From the NCBI GenBank assembly GCA_965205865.1, contig CBDBHR010000029.1, forward strand, positions 416,001-480,000: a DNA stretch of 64,000 nt. The letters are read 5' to 3'. The number at the start of each line of letters is the position of its first letter. The stretch's first letter is position 1. A program made the position numbers and the translations under genes. Source of the stretch: a bacterium. Its GTDB lineage: Bacteria; SAR324; NAC60-12. The notes beneath the pieces were generated by a model. That model did not search any database and had not been told where the DNA came from. It was given only the letters and a program-made list of their open reading frames with translations. Positions 28,949 through 40,501 of the stretch are shown piece by piece.

Positions 28949-29650
28949 TTAAGAAGGAAATCGGATTGGATGCAGCAATCCATCAGCAAGTTCATACTGA
29001 AATTCCATGCTGCTCGCCAATGTCGGATTGTGGGTAATCACGATGAGAGTGATCCCGTATTCTCGGTTCAGGTGGAGCAACAAATCCACAATTTGTTGTC
29101 CCGTCTCCTGATCCAGATTGCCTGTCGGTTCATCAGTCAGTAGAATTTTGGGAGAATTGGAAATAGCGCGGGCAATGGCCACTCGTTGTTGTTCTCCTCC
29201 GGACAACTGAAACGGTTTGTGATTATAACGTCCTTTTAATCCAACTTTCATTAAAAGTTTTTTTGCTTCTTTTTGAGCGAATTCCCGGGGTTTGTGTTTG
29301 ATAAGCAGGGGCATGACGACATTTTCCAACGCTGTGAAATCTTGCAACAAGTGATGGAATTGAAAAACAAATGCCACCTGTTCATTACGAAATCGCGCGA
29401 TTTCTTCACTCGTCATTTTTGACAGTTCTTTTTCTTCAATCCTGATTTCTCCTGAATCTGCTTTATCCAAGCCACCGAGAAGATGCAGAAAGGTGCTTTT
29501 CCCGACACCTGAAGTTCCCATGATAGAAACGGTTGCCGCTTTTGGCGCTTGGAAGGTCAGTCCTTTGAGGATGTGCAAAATCCGGCCTTCTCCGTCATGA
29601 TAACTCTTATGCAAATTTGTCACTTCAATTTGTATGTCTTCCTTGATCAT
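28949..29650 (-). CDS. lolD: LolD-like ABC ATPase
   Basis: [39 protein letters not shown]; directly upstream of bamA. Confidence 0.85.
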   Translation of the reverse strand: MIKEDIQIEVTNLHKSYHDGEGRILHILKGLTFQAPKAATVSIMGTSGVGKSTFLHLLGGLDKADSGEIRIEEKELSKMTSEEIARFRNEQVAFVFQFHHLLQDFTALENVVMPLLIKHKPREFAQKEAKKLLMKVGLKGRYNHKPFQLSGGEQQRVAIARAISNSPKILLTDEPTGNLDQETGQQIVDLLLHLNREYGITLIVITHNPTLASSMEFQYELADGLLHPIRFPS

Positions 29651-29822
29651 AATTTAAAGTGAAAGCGATTTTCTTAATGTCCGGAGCAACCCTTTTTGAA
29701 AGGTAAAAAGACAATTACCGACGACTCAGCCGATCACGTCGTGTCTGCCATACAAGAAAAAACTCCACAAGGCTGACGGTTGATGTTTCAAGTGAATCAC
29801 CTGCATCGGCGTACCGACCCCT

Positions 29823-31073
29823 TTAAAAGGCAGGTAATTTTTTGGGAATGAAGTGTTTTTTCAATTGTCCATATCGTGGAATGCCAGCAGAAAAAGGTGG
29901 AAAATCTTCTCCTTCAATCAACGGGCGACAATATTTGATAAACGCCTCTGTGACGTCGAAACCGTCAGCACTGATATAAAAGTCAGGCAGCAATTTTTCT
30001 TGATTGGCAATGTTCGCGGCATCGGTATGACTGACACTCCAGCGGTAAGGATCGTTGTTTTCCCTCACAAGGATGACCATCTGACCATTCAATTGGTCCT
30101 TTGCCATGGCCACCGCATGCTGCCCGCACGCAATTGCCTGTTCGAGGTCCACCCGGGAGGCCAAATGCCTGCCTGATCGTTGACAGTAGTCCAAAAGAGC
30201 TCCGTGGGTTTTAAGTCCCAATTTTTCTTTGATGAGCGATTGTAGCACATGGACAACGCCCCCCAATTGCGCATGGCCAAATTGGTCGGTTGTTCCGCTT
30301 TCGGAAAGAAACCGTCCATCCTCTCCTTTTGCCCCTTCCGAAACGGCCACGACGCAAAATCCATTGAGAGCGACCACCTCTTGCACCTTCTTTAAAAATT
30401 GCTTTTCAACAACAGGTCTTTCGGGTAGCAAGATGAGATGAGGAGGTTCGCCTTCCGAACGACGTGCCAAGGCCGTTGCTGCAGCAATCCATCCCGCATG
30501 CCTTCCCATTGTCTCCATCACAAAGACTTTAGTGGAGTCCCGATACATGGAAGCCACGTCAATACCACCTTCCAAAATTGAAATGGCATTATATTTTGCA
30601 GTGGAACCAAATCCAGGACAATTGTCTGTGATGGGGAGATCATTGTCGACGGTTTTGGGCACCCCGATGCTGATCAGTTCATATCCCATTTGTTCAGCAA
30701 CCCGAGCGATTTTACAGGTGGTATCCATGGAATCATTACCACCGTTGTAGAAAAAATAGCGAATGTTGTGCGCATCGAGCACCCGGATGATTCTTTCAAA
30801 TTCATGACGATTTTTTTCCAAATCCGGTAATTTACGACGACATGATCCTAAAGCTGCTCCCGGAGTATAGCGCAATGTTTCAATCGTGCTGGGGGATTCT
30901 TCTTGTAAATCGATCAAATTTTCCTCCAGAATGCCATTAATCCCCTGGAATCCACCGTAAATTTTCTCAATAAACTCCGCCTTCATTGCTTCGGTAATCA
31001 CACCATAAGCGGAACCATTGATGACGCTGGTCACCCCACCCGACTGCGCATAAACTGCATTTCCTCTTAACAT
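29823..31073 (-). CDS. 6-phosphofructokinase, PPi-dependent signature
   Basis: AQSGG, GGNDS, PKTVDND, MGRHAGW. Confidence 0.9.
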   Translation of the reverse strand: MLRGNAVYAQSGGVTSVINGSAYGVITEAMKAEFIEKIYGGFQGINGILEENLIDLQEESPSTIETLRYTPGAALGSCRRKLPDLEKNRHEFERIIRVLDAHNIRYFFYNGGNDSMDTTCKIARVAEQMGYELISIGVPKTVDNDLPITDNCPGFGSTAKYNAISILEGGIDVASMYRDSTKVFVMETMGRHAGWIAAATALARRSEGEPPHLILLPERPVVEKQFLKKVQEVVALNGFCVVAVSEGAKGEDGRFLSESGTTDQFGHAQLGGVVHVLQSLIKEKLGLKTHGALLDYCQRSGRHLASRVDLEQAIACGQHAVAMAKDQLNGQMVILVRENNDPYRWSVSHTDAANIANQEKLLPDFYISADGFDVTEAFIKYCRPLIEGEDFPPFSAGIPRYGQLKKHFIPKKLPAF

Positions 31074-31366
31074 GATCTTTCCGAATATAAAGACCGGAGT
31101 AGATGGATTTTCCCATCTTTCAGGCAAAAAAAAAGCATACTTTTTTTTGTGAACCGCCCGCTTGTTTACTCAAACTCGCTAATAATAACAAGTTTTATAT
31201 CTCCCGATCCAGGATTAGCCGCGGAGCAATTTTTGTCGGTGACTTTAAAGAATCAGGACAGTCATGCTTCCCATAATTATTCTTGGCAGCATCTTATCTC
31301 TTTTGGGGCAAAAGGGACGATAGGGGCTTGCCCAACGAAAAGAATATTTGCGTTTTGATGCCGGAA

Positions 31367-31768
31367 TCATTCAGAATTCATCACGAGTTGGGCCCATTTA
31401 TGAACCCTGTGAATGGCGGCCTGCATCGATATAATCACGTCTTCCGTGTTGAAGGGTTTTTCAAAATAATCCGTTGCTCCTGCTTTCAGACATGCGATCA
31501 CTCTTTGTTTATTACTGTGGGCGGACATAATGAATACTTGAATCAAATTGTTGAAGCCTTTGATAAAACGCAATAGATCAATCCCGGACATGCCGGGCAA
31601 TTGCAGGTCCGAAATTACGATATAAAAATCTTCTGATTCAATCAGTTCCATTGCTTCCTCCGCCGAATGAGCAATAGCTACTTCATGTCCCAGATCTTTT
31701 AGAATTTCACTCAACAACAGTGTCATGTTTTTGTCGTCATCAACAACAAGAATTTTAGTGTACTCCAT
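31367..31768 (-). CDS. Single-domain response regulator
   Basis: KILVVDDD, SDLQLPGMSG, MSAH, EKPF; start set at MEYTKI. Confidence 0.88.
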   Translation of the reverse strand: MEYTKILVVDDDKNMTLLLSEILKDLGHEVAIAHSAEEAMELIESEDFYIVISDLQLPGMSGIDLLRFIKGFNNLIQVFIMSAHSNKQRVIACLKAGATDYFEKPFNTEDVIISMQAAIHRVHKWAQLVMNSE

Positions 31769-32095
31769 GACTCTTTCGGCTATTGAGTTAATTTTTTTCA
31801 GTTCCACCTGCCATCGAAAAAATTCTCTTTTTTGTTCGAATAAGGAGGTTGCGTGTTTTTGTCTAGAGAGAAGCAGCCATTTTTGCAGACGCTGTTCATT
31901 ATCTGACTTTTTACTTTCTAGCAAAATTTCAACAAAGTTGAAATCACATTTGTTGAGTCAGAGTATAATACATGGATTTTTACAAAAAAATTGCTACTCC
32001 AACACGGGAAAGAAATTGACTTTCAACTGCATGTTGAATTTGTTATGTTGGCTTCAGTGCGAGGATGAGACATTTGCCTGCTGAAATAGTAATCC

Positions 32096-33241
32096 ATGAA
32101 ACCCGAATACGATCCCTTGTTAAGCTTCTGTATTGTGAGTTTGACCTTGTTTGGGACGGTAATGATTTACAGCACCAGCGCGGTTTATGCAGAATTGCGT
32201 TTTGAAACCAGCGCGCATTTTTTAATGGCTCATTTGCTCCATCTCTTTTTGGGATGCGTGGCGCTATGGATAGGGATGCGTATGAAGTACCTGCTTTGGG
32301 AAAAAATGATCCCTTCAATGATGTTGTTCATGCTATTGTTGCTCGTCTTGGTATTGATTCCGAGCATCGGACATGAAGTAAATGGAGCCCGCCGTTGGAT
32401 TCGCTTCAGAGGAATTGGGATTCAGCCTGTTGAAATCCTCAAGATTATTCTGATTTTCTATGTCGCCTCTTATCTGGGACGCAAACAGGAATTTTTGGAC
32501 TCCTTTTTCCGGGGAATCAGTCCTAATTTTATCGTCATTAGCATTTATTTGGTTCTCGTTTTGCTGCAGCCTGACTTTGGTACAGTGGTCTTGATTGCCC
32601 TGACTTTGTTACTGATGATCTATGCGGGAGGCGCTAAACCGATTCATATTTTTGGAAGCGTACTAGTATTTTCTATAATTTCCGTGCTGCTTATCTTGAG
32701 CCAATCTTATCGATTGCGACGACTTCTGGCCTTTCTCAATCCATGGGATGACCCGCTGGATTCGGGGTTTCAAATTATTCAATCTTTCATCGCTTTGGGC
32801 ACCGGAGGATGGTTCGGAAAAGGTTTGAGCCAAAGCTTGCAAAAATTATTTTTTTTACCGGATGCTCACACCGATTTCATTTTTGCAATCATCGGTGAAG
32901 AGCTTGGCTTTTTACGAGTCTGTGGTTTGATTGGTCTATTCGCAATCTTCATCTGGAGAGGCTATCGGACCTCGCGCTACGCCAAAAGCCACTTTGGCAG
33001 ACACCTTGCCTTTGGAATCACCACTTCCATCAGCTTGCAAATTCTTCTCAATTTAGGTGTCGTCAGCGGTTTGCTTCCCACCAAAGGACTTCCATTACCT
33101 TTTATCAGTTTTGGTGGCACTTCATTGGTAGTGACACTCTTTATGGCAGGTCTGCTGCTCAATATCGGCAGGGAATCGATTCCCCAGCGGATGAGCGATC
33201 TCCAGGGCTCCTTGTCAAAAAAAACCATTTCTCATCGATAA
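32096..33241 (+). CDS. ftsW: SEDS peptidoglycan polymerase FtsW
   Basis: NGARRW, QPVEILK, QPDFGT, LPDAHTDFIF, PTKGLPLPFISFGG. Confidence 0.93.
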   Translation: MKPEYDPLLSFCIVSLTLFGTVMIYSTSAVYAELRFETSAHFLMAHLLHLFLGCVALWIGMRMKYLLWEKMIPSMMLFMLLLLVLVLIPSIGHEVNGARRWIRFRGIGIQPVEILKIILIFYVASYLGRKQEFLDSFFRGISPNFIVISIYLVLVLLQPDFGTVVLIALTLLLMIYAGGAKPIHIFGSVLVFSIISVLLILSQSYRLRRLLAFLNPWDDPLDSGFQIIQSFIALGTGGWFGKGLSQSLQKLFFLPDAHTDFIFAIIGEELGFLRVCGLIGLFAIFIWRGYRTSRYAKSHFGRHLAFGITTSISLQILLNLGVVSGLLPTKGLPLPFISFGGTSLVVTLFMAGLLLNIGRESIPQRMSDLQGSLSKKTISHR

Positions 33242-33507
33242 TAAAAATTTTTTATGAGGCTGCTAATAACGGAAAATTCCAGGCTTGCAAAAAAAGAGAA
33301 CGAGCATATTGACAGACGCGCTCGCAAAAACTGTTGACAATCATTAAAAAATCGTTAAAAATCAAGCCAATTCCAAAAAGAAGTTTCCCTCTCTTCCAAG
33401 AGGGTGAAGCCGGGCAATTCATAGGATTGTGGATTTGTCCCACTAGAAATCACAGCTTGTTTTAATATCTAACCTTAATCTGGCATAGAGGAGATAGGAG
33501 TATCAAT

Positions 33508-34011
33508 ATGAACAATGAAATCGCGGCTGCTCAGGAAAATGACATTGCTCCGGAGAAAGGAAATGACAATCAGGAAATCAGCTTTGGTGAAAAAATGTTG
33601 AAGTGGAGAGAAAAAGTGGGTTTGACCCGCAAGGAATTAGCGCGCAAACTCAATGTATCTCTGACTGCAGTTAAAAATTGGGAAACGGGGCACTCAACCC
33701 CCAAATTGACAAAATATAGTGAAATCGCCAAAGTCCTCAATATCACTGTGAAAGAGATGGGATTGGATGCTAATTTGGATCTGACAAAAATTGGAGACCG
33801 TATCAAATATGCCCGACTGCTTCGAGGTATGTCGATTGAAGCCTTTTCCTATGAATTTGGTTTTGCCATCCAGACTGTAAAAAGCTGGGAATCCCATAAT
33901 TCCGAAGTTTCAGAACCTTCCCTGGGACGTATTTCAAGAGCCTTGAATATCCCCAGCGTTTTTTTTGACATGAAATCAAATCCGGATCAGTTATTGGGGA
34001 GTATCTCATAA
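33508..34011 (+). CDS. Transcriptional regulator with two XRE helix-turn-helix domains
   Basis: REKVGLTRKELA...VKNWETG..TP and ARLLRGMS.E......VKSWES. Confidence 0.85.
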   Translation: MNNEIAAAQENDIAPEKGNDNQEISFGEKMLKWREKVGLTRKELARKLNVSLTAVKNWETGHSTPKLTKYSEIAKVLNITVKEMGLDANLDLTKIGDRIKYARLLRGMSIEAFSYEFGFAIQTVKSWESHNSEVSEPSLGRISRALNIPSVFFDMKSNPDQLLGSIS

Positions 34012-34184
34012 CTCCTTCCATCAAATGTGCGTCATTTTGAAGTACTCGTCCCCAATCAATTTTTCAATTCCGCTTTTCTGGGCCGACTTCTCCCCAACAA
34101 TCCGGATTTTCATCTTTTCAGACATAGCGTAAAAAAGTTCTATTTCCATCCTCAATCCTGTTTTCTTTCAGTCGAATCGGTATT

Positions 34185-35294
34185 TCATAGTCCATCCGTC
34201 ATTTGCTCGGAAGGGGCATATTCGCTGTATTGGAGAATCAAATCCGCAAACATTTCTGTTCCTCCAGGAGGCAATAACTGATGCAACTGTTTTCCCAGAA
34301 CCCCCGGTTGGTAGGTTGTAAAAAAATCTTGCCACCATTCCCGTCCTTTTTTTATAAATTGTTCTTGGGTAAGTAGGACACCAGCTCCCGCATTCGCGAT
34401 AACAGCGCCATTCAACTCTTGATGGCTATCGGGAAGAGGGACGATCACAGCATCTTTGGAAAGACAGGCCAACTCTCCCAGAGTCCCTAATCCTACCCTT
34501 GTCACTACCAAATCACTGCGTGCCAGCAAGTGTCCCATTCCTTCATTCACCATAGAATAGGCATGGTAATCCGAATGAGCGCACTGAAGGGGGGGATGAT
34601 TCTTTCCCGTCAAGTGCGCAATTTGGAAACAATTGAGCCAATACTCCAAAACTGTTTCCACCGCTTGATTCAAACCAGCAGCTCCCTGCCCTCCTCCGGT
34701 TACCAACAAGACGGGTTTTTCGGATTTCAGACCAAACTGAGTATTGGCTCGCAAACGAGAAGCGTTCTTGATTTCTGCACGAACTACCGGACCGATTTTT
34801 TTTTTTGTTATCGTAGGAAAATGAGATGCTGTCTGTTCGAAGATGTATGCCAGAACACTGCTCACAGGCGCCATCAGTCGGTTAGCCAATCCCGGGTGAA
34901 CATCCATTTGAAGAATCACATGCGGTATTCTCAATAACCAGGCTGCATAAGCAACTGGTACACTGACAAAGCTTCCGGCAGAAACGACGATATGTGGACG
35001 AAAGCGAATCAATTTTACCATGCCAACGACGAATCCCAACAATATGAAAAAAGGGTCAATCAAGTTCTTCCAACTCCAGTAGCGGCGAAGTTTGCCAGAA
35101 GGGAAGCTTTGAAATGAGAGTCCGACTTGAGAAACCATTGCTCTCTCGGGTCCGCTGGTAGTGCCCCAAAATACAGCTGCTATCTGTTTTTCCCCCAATC
35201 TGAGCTGTAGCTCCTCAAAAACGGCCAATAATGGAGTGGTAGGGCCACCCGAACCACCGCCGGTGAAAACAATACGCAAGATCTGATTTTGCAT
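34185..35294 (-). CDS. murG: MurG glycosyltransferase (GT28)
   Basis: TGGGSGG, GKLRRY, FVSVP, PGLANRL, GGGQGA, HQELNG. Confidence 0.88.
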   Translation of the reverse strand: MQNQILRIVFTGGGSGGPTTPLLAVFEELQLRLGEKQIAAVFWGTTSGPERAMVSQVGLSFQSFPSGKLRRYWSWKNLIDPFFILLGFVVGMVKLIRFRPHIVVSAGSFVSVPVAYAAWLLRIPHVILQMDVHPGLANRLMAPVSSVLAYIFEQTASHFPTITKKKIGPVVRAEIKNASRLRANTQFGLKSEKPVLLVTGGGQGAAGLNQAVETVLEYWLNCFQIAHLTGKNHPPLQCAHSDYHAYSMVNEGMGHLLARSDLVVTRVGLGTLGELACLSKDAVIVPLPDSHQELNGAVIANAGAGVLLTQEQFIKKGREWWQDFFTTYQPGVLGKQLHQLLPPGGTEMFADLILQYSEYAPSEQMTDGL

Positions 35295-35632
35295 TCAGCG
35301 CTCCCTTTAGGAGAGTTTCAGTCATTACCTGCCGATCAAATAGGCGAAAATCTTCACTGATTGGTATTACTGTATTCAAACAGGTTTTACAAGAAATTGA
35401 ATGCTCAAGCGTTGCTATTTACTTCTTTTTTCAGGTACGCAGGCCGTGCACAACACTTTACACTCGAGATTTTACCCATGGTTACGATAATTGTGTTATT
35501 TTAAAAGAAAGTCTTTTCAAAAATCCGATGGTTATTGCACTAGAAAGAATTGCATCTCTTGGTTCCCGGAAAACCAGATTTGTTGATCTCTCACTGAAAT
35601 GACAGCTTTAACTTTCCATTTTTTAAAAAACC

Positions 35633-37693
35633 ATGGAAATCGATGCCTTCCTTCACCAGTATTGTTTGTTCTACAAGGATGGTAATCTCACGGCAGGATG
35701 GGTAGAAGGAATTCAGAAGAAAAAGCTCGCCATTGCGCCTTTGGAGGGGAAAATGGTCCTGCTCTCTCCCAATCGAATCAATCTCTATTGGAAAGACAAC
35801 TCATCCGCTGAAAAGAAAACAGCCCTCATCCGACTGAAACTCCTGATGGAACAAATCCGCCAAATCGCTCAAAACCAGGAACTGGAAGTGATCCACGAAT
35901 TATGCGCTCCTGGAAAAAGCTACTTGCTGGAAGAACTGGTCGATGATTTTTTGGACAATCCCAAAGATCAACTGCAACGGGTCGGTTTTTTTCTTGCTTT
36001 GCATAGGGGTCACCGATTTTTCAAAAGAAAAAACAACCGTTTCACAGCTCGCACTGCTGAAGAATTGGCTCAGCTAGATTATAAATTGATGCAGGAAGAG
36101 CAGCAACGTGTTTGGGAAGAAAAAGTACGGCAATGGATTTCAGATTTGCAATCCGGAATATGGTCTGTGAATCCTTCTCGAGGGGAAGGTTGCTGCAGCG
36201 GAGTTGCTGCTGACGTGGAGCAATTAAAATTGCTTCGGCAATTGCAGTCGGTTTTGATTTACGGAAAAAATTCAGTTTACTGGAAAACCCTCGCCCCTGT
36301 TTTGAATTTGACTCTGGAATTCAATGAAGCCGATGAGCAGAAATTGCAAAATTTATTGCAGAATGCCGGACATCCGGTTTCGAAAGGCAGACTGATTTTA
36401 CTGAGAGCCTCGGTGCGGGAAGATTTTCCAACGGAAGTGCAGGAAGCAGCAGAACGCATAAACCACCAGTCCCTTGCGCAGGAGAATGATAAAATTGATG
36501 ACCATGCCTTGACCTTTACCATCGATGCGGAAACCACCGAAGATTATGACGACGCTTTCTCCGTTTTGCAATGGTCTGACAATCGGGTTGAATTGACTGT
36601 CCATATTACCGACCTCTCAGACATGATTCAACCAGGAGACCCTTTGTTTGAGGAAGCGGAATCTCGCATTTCCTCAGTCTATACCCTCAAACAAGTGTTT
36701 CCCATGTTCCCGCCGACACTCTCGGAACATTGCTTTTCTCTGAGAGCGCAAAAAGTCCGGCCTGCCATCAGCTTTCATTTCGATTTATTCAACAATGGAG
36801 AACGGAAATTCAGGGGAATTGTTTTCAACAAGATACGAGTGGAGAAAAATCTGACTTATGAGCAAGCTGACCAAGCGATTGAACAGCAAGAAGGATTTTG
36901 GAAAGTCCTCTCCAATTGTTGCCAGGCGCTGCGTCAGGTACGAATTGAACAGGGTGCTCTCGATTTTGTCCGTAAGGAAGTGAAGATGGATATCCATAAT
37001 CCGGAACAAATTCAAATCATCCCGATTGACCGTAACACGCCGGCCAATCAATTGGTTGAAGAATTGGCGATTTTAGTCAATCAGGAAGTGGGAAATTTTT
37101 ATCAGAAGCATCAGTTCCCTGGCATCTATCGTGCGCAAGGTCCTTATGAAAGAATTGGTACCGTAAAGGAAGGGGAGTTGTTGTCCCCTCGGCATTTTGT
37201 GATTGAACCAGTACGCCTTTCCATTCATCCGGAAAGGCATTCAGGATTAGGATGCGACTATTATATTCAAGCAACCTCACCCATCCGGCGATTTTCTGAT
37301 TTAGTGACTCAATATCAACTCGCTAAATTTCTCCGGCATCATCAAATCGTTTTTCCGGAAGAACAATTGATGGGCTGGGCCGAACAAATCCAAAACGCCC
37401 AAAAAGCTTATAGCCAGGCAGAACGTGGGATTGAGGACCATTGGAAATTCAAATACCTGGCCCAAAATCCGGGAGCAATCTTTTCTGCCAATATCAAACG
37501 ACATCTTCGTGCCGGTAGAACGGAAGTGGATTTTAACGAGATTCGATTGACGGCCCATGTTACCAATTTACCTCAACAAGAACCAGGAGACGCCGTGTCC
37601 TTGAAAATCGAAAACGTGGATGTTGCGCACCAGTTTATCGCCGTCTCCATTCTTTCCCGGGAAGAAGAAAAGGAAGTAGAAAAAAATTCCTGA
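35633..37693 (+). CDS. RNB-domain exoribonuclease (RNase II/R family)
   Basis: TIDAETTEDYDDA, VHITD, HSGLG..YIQATSPIRRFSDL. Confidence 0.88.
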   Translation: MEIDAFLHQYCLFYKDGNLTAGWVEGIQKKKLAIAPLEGKMVLLSPNRINLYWKDNSSAEKKTALIRLKLLMEQIRQIAQNQELEVIHELCAPGKSYLLEELVDDFLDNPKDQLQRVGFFLALHRGHRFFKRKNNRFTARTAEELAQLDYKLMQEEQQRVWEEKVRQWISDLQSGIWSVNPSRGEGCCSGVAADVEQLKLLRQLQSVLIYGKNSVYWKTLAPVLNLTLEFNEADEQKLQNLLQNAGHPVSKGRLILLRASVREDFPTEVQEAAERINHQSLAQENDKIDDHALTFTIDAETTEDYDDAFSVLQWSDNRVELTVHITDLSDMIQPGDPLFEEAESRISSVYTLKQVFPMFPPTLSEHCFSLRAQKVRPAISFHFDLFNNGERKFRGIVFNKIRVEKNLTYEQADQAIEQQEGFWKVLSNCCQALRQVRIEQGALDFVRKEVKMDIHNPEQIQIIPIDRNTPANQLVEELAILVNQEVGNFYQKHQFPGIYRAQGPYERIGTVKEGELLSPRHFVIEPVRLSIHPERHSGLGCDYYIQATSPIRRFSDLVTQYQLAKFLRHHQIVFPEEQLMGWAEQIQNAQKAYSQAERGIEDHWKFKYLAQNPGAIFSANIKRHLRAGRTEVDFNEIRLTAHVTNLPQQEPGDAVSLKIENVDVAHQFIAVSILSREEEKEVEKNS

Positions 37694-37824
37694 AGTATTC
37701 AATTTATCTGGTGTTTAAACTATAAAAAACTTGTGATAAGCAGTTTAATCCTGTAAAAAAGTCAGTTTGACTGGAGTTTCTTCCAGAAACGAGAAGCACC
37801 TTCTTTTGAAGAGAGGGATAGATC

Positions 37825-37959
37825 ATGAAACGTACGTTTCAGCCAAATAACAGACGAAGAAAAAGAAAACATGGATTCCGAGCGCGCATGGCTACCCGGC
37901 AAGGGCGCGCTGTCATCAGTCGTCGACGAGCAAAAGGGCGAAAACGTTTAGCAGCTTAA
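37825..37959 (+). CDS. rpmH: 50S ribosomal protein L34 (absent from the ORF track)
   Basis: [44 protein letters not shown]. Confidence 0.98.
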   Translation: MKRTFQPNNRRRKRKHGFRARMATRQGRAVISRRRAKGRKRLAA

Positions 37960-38342
37960 TGCAGTGTTATACCTTTCCGAAATGGATGCGGCTAAGCAGG
38001 AAGAAGGAGATTGATCGTGTTTTTAAAAGAGGATCTTTTTACGGCGCAGGTCTGATTCGCGTGAGATACTCGTCATCAGCACTAGGATATAGCCGTTTTT
38101 TGGTATCAGTGAGCAGGAAAGCCGGTAATTCTCCACAGCGTAACCGGATCAAGCGCTTGATTCGTGAAGCAATCCGCTTGTACAATCCTAAATTGCGGAG
38201 CAGCTACGACATTTGTTTTTTTGTCACCAAAGCTCCTCAAACCGCACTTACTTTTTCTTCTGTAGAAGACAAGATTGTCAAGATTTTTGCTCAGTTGAAT
38301 CGACAAACCGAGAGTCCGACGGACTGCGGTCCCAGGGTTTGA
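37959..38342 (+). CDS. rnpA: Ribonuclease P protein component
   Basis: [20 protein letters not shown] (RNR motif); TAATG overlap with rpmH. Confidence 0.95.
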   Translation: MQCYTFPKWMRLSRKKEIDRVFKRGSFYGAGLIRVRYSSSALGYSRFLVSVSRKAGNSPQRNRIKRLIREAIRLYNPKLRSSYDICFFVTKAPQTALTFSSVEDKIVKIFAQLNRQTESPTDCGPRV

Positions 38343-38448
38343 ATTTTTGTTGCAAGACCGGCGGGTTTCTCTGACGCCGGTTACAATATATCAGTCCTTC
38401 AGCCCGCCACTTCACAGGCTTGGAGAATCATTGAATCCTTTACTTGAA

Positions 38449-38742
38449 ATGCGTAAAATCATTTTCTTATTGATTCGAGGATATCAGCGCTTTATTTCTC
38501 CATTACTTCCCCCCTCCTGTCGATTTTATCCCAGCTGTTCTCAGTATGCCTTGGAAGCTTACCTGCGCTTTGGTCTCTTGCAAGCGACTCGATTGACACT
38601 GATCCGCATATTAAAATGCCACCCTCTTCACGAAGGCGGATTTGATGCGGTTCCTTCTGAACCACCTGGTTTTTTGTGGTGGGTACGATCCGTCGATCCG
38701 GCTGAGTCAAATCTAAATGATTCAAGCGATTTAATAAAATGA
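38449..38742 (+). CDS. yidD: Membrane protein insertion efficiency factor YidD
   Basis: YQRFISP...[11 protein letters not shown]...RILKCHP..GGFD.VP; start approximate. Confidence 0.93.
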   Translation: MRKIIFLLIRGYQRFISPLLPPSCRFYPSCSQYALEAYLRFGLLQATRLTLIRILKCHPLHEGGFDAVPSEPPGFLWWVRSVDPAESNLNDSSDLIK

Positions 38743-40484
38743 TGGACCAAAAGACCCTTCTTGCAATCGGTATTTCCATTCTTGTAATTGTTGGATGGTC
38801 GTGGTTGTTTCCTCCTCCACCTCCCATTAAGCAACTCCCCCCGGAAGATTCTATCGTCTCCACGGAAAAAAAAGAATACTCCACTCGGTCCAACCGTACG
38901 GAGAGCGGAGAAAGGTTGTCCGACGATACCCAAAAATTCCTCAGCAGCGATCCGGATGAAACGGCATCGGCGAAAAAAATTCTCATCGAAACCGATTATT
39001 ACCGTGCGGTGATTGATCCGAGAGGGGGAATTCTCCAAAGTCTTCTTTTAAAAAAACACCATCATTTCAAATCCGGAATTACGCTGGGAAAATGGATTCC
39101 CTTCTTGACAAAGATTCTGGGAAGCGGAAATCCGCAGGTGACGACAGAGGACAATTTGGTGCAAATGATCAAGAACGATTTTGTTGACATTGCGCAAACT
39201 CTTCAAATTCGCTTCGATGGAGAAAACCAGCTCTCAAAACTTTTTGAAAATACGATTTATTCCAGTACGTTGGATGAAATTCAGATAGAAGCGGGAGATG
39301 TGTCACAAACTTTGGTTCTCCGCTCCCCGGCGCGTGATGGGATACAAATTATTAAAACCATTCAATTTCATCCCAGTAATTATGTGATCGATTATCAAGT
39401 GAATGTGATCAATCGTGAAAATTTTGTTCGTCCTTTGCAGATTCAACACGTCTTCGGAGAAGGGCATGTCTTTGAACAGGTAATGGGACAAGTCAACTCG
39501 CATAACGGCCCCGTATATGTCTACAATGGAGAACTGGAAACCCTCGATACCAATGACCTGGAGACGGAGCCAGGGCGTATTGCGCAAATGGAATGGCTGG
39601 GTATTGAGGATTCTTATTTTATTTCAGCAGTGGCAGCATTGAGCGAGGTCAATCAGGGATTTTTTGAAGTATATCCCTTTGTGGGTAAGGAGGGAAGAGA
39701 ACTGAAACCGGTTTTTGGAGTGAATTTGCCTCCAGTTGACTTGATTCCCGAGAAGCAGATTCAATCGCGCTTTCAACTGTATTTTGGTCCTAAAGGCGAA
39801 AAAGAAATGCTCAAATTTGGTCATAATCTTTTTCTTTCCCATGATATGACGCTGGAAGTGCTGGCTAAGCCGCTTTTGAAAATTTTAATCTGGATACATT
39901 CTTATGTGGGCAATTATGGCATCTCCATCATTTTGTTGACCATACTGGTGCGGCTTGTCCTCTTTCCGCTCACATACAAAGGATCGAAGTCCATGAAACG
40001 CATGCAGCAGCTTCAGCCAAAAATGTTGAAGATTCGTGAAAAATTCAAAGACAAAAAGCAGAAGCTGAACGCGGAAATGATGGGGCTTTATCGCAAAAAT
40101 AAAGTCAATCCCTTGGGTGGTTGTTTACCAATTCTCTTGCAATTGCCGATTTTCTTTTCACTTTATAGCGCATTATCCACTGCAGTCGAATTGAGACACG
40201 AACCTTTTTTTGCCTGGATTGTCGATCTTTCCGTCCCTGATGGTCTGGGTATCACTCCGATTCTCATGGGAATCAGTATGTATTTGATTCAGAAAATGAC
40301 TCCTACTGGAATGATGGATCCAACCCAGGCGAAAATCATGAGTATGTTGCCAATCATTTTCACGGTTTTTACTTTCACATTTCCTACTGGATTGACCCTT
40401 TATTGGTTGACAAGTAACATCTTGTCCGTTGGACAACAATATGTGATCAATCGCATAAAACTCCCTGATCTGGTCGAAGAATAA
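38739..40484 (+). CDS. yidC: Membrane protein insertase YidC
   Basis: [35 protein letters not shown]. Confidence 0.96.
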   Translation: MMDQKTLLAIGISILVIVGWSWLFPPPPPIKQLPPEDSIVSTEKKEYSTRSNRTESGERLSDDTQKFLSSDPDETASAKKILIETDYYRAVIDPRGGILQSLLLKKHHHFKSGITLGKWIPFLTKILGSGNPQVTTEDNLVQMIKNDFVDIAQTLQIRFDGENQLSKLFENTIYSSTLDEIQIEAGDVSQTLVLRSPARDGIQIIKTIQFHPSNYVIDYQVNVINRENFVRPLQIQHVFGEGHVFEQVMGQVNSHNGPVYVYNGELETLDTNDLETEPGRIAQMEWLGIEDSYFISAVAALSEVNQGFFEVYPFVGKEGRELKPVFGVNLPPVDLIPEKQIQSRFQLYFGPKGEKEMLKFGHNLFLSHDMTLEVLAKPLLKILIWIHSYVGNYGISIILLTILVRLVLFPLTYKGSKSMKRMQQLQPKMLKIREKFKDKKQKLNAEMMGLYRKNKVNPLGGCLPILLQLPIFFSLYSALSTAVELRHEPFFAWIVDLSVPDGLGITPILMGISMYLIQKMTPTGMMDPTQAKIMSMLPIIFTVFTFTFPTGLTLYWLTSNILSVGQQYVINRIKLPDLVEE

Positions 40485-40501
40485 TAACTTCCTGCCAAAG
40501 A

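Noticed and set aside
33300-33500. Possible riboswitch upstream of the XRE gene
   Set aside because: Small stems present, but I could not match a known aptamer consensus; an Rfam scan would settle it
37694-37824. Replication origin upstream of rpmH
   Set aside because: No dnaA gene and no cluster of TTATCCACA boxes seen; the intergenic region is only about 130 bp
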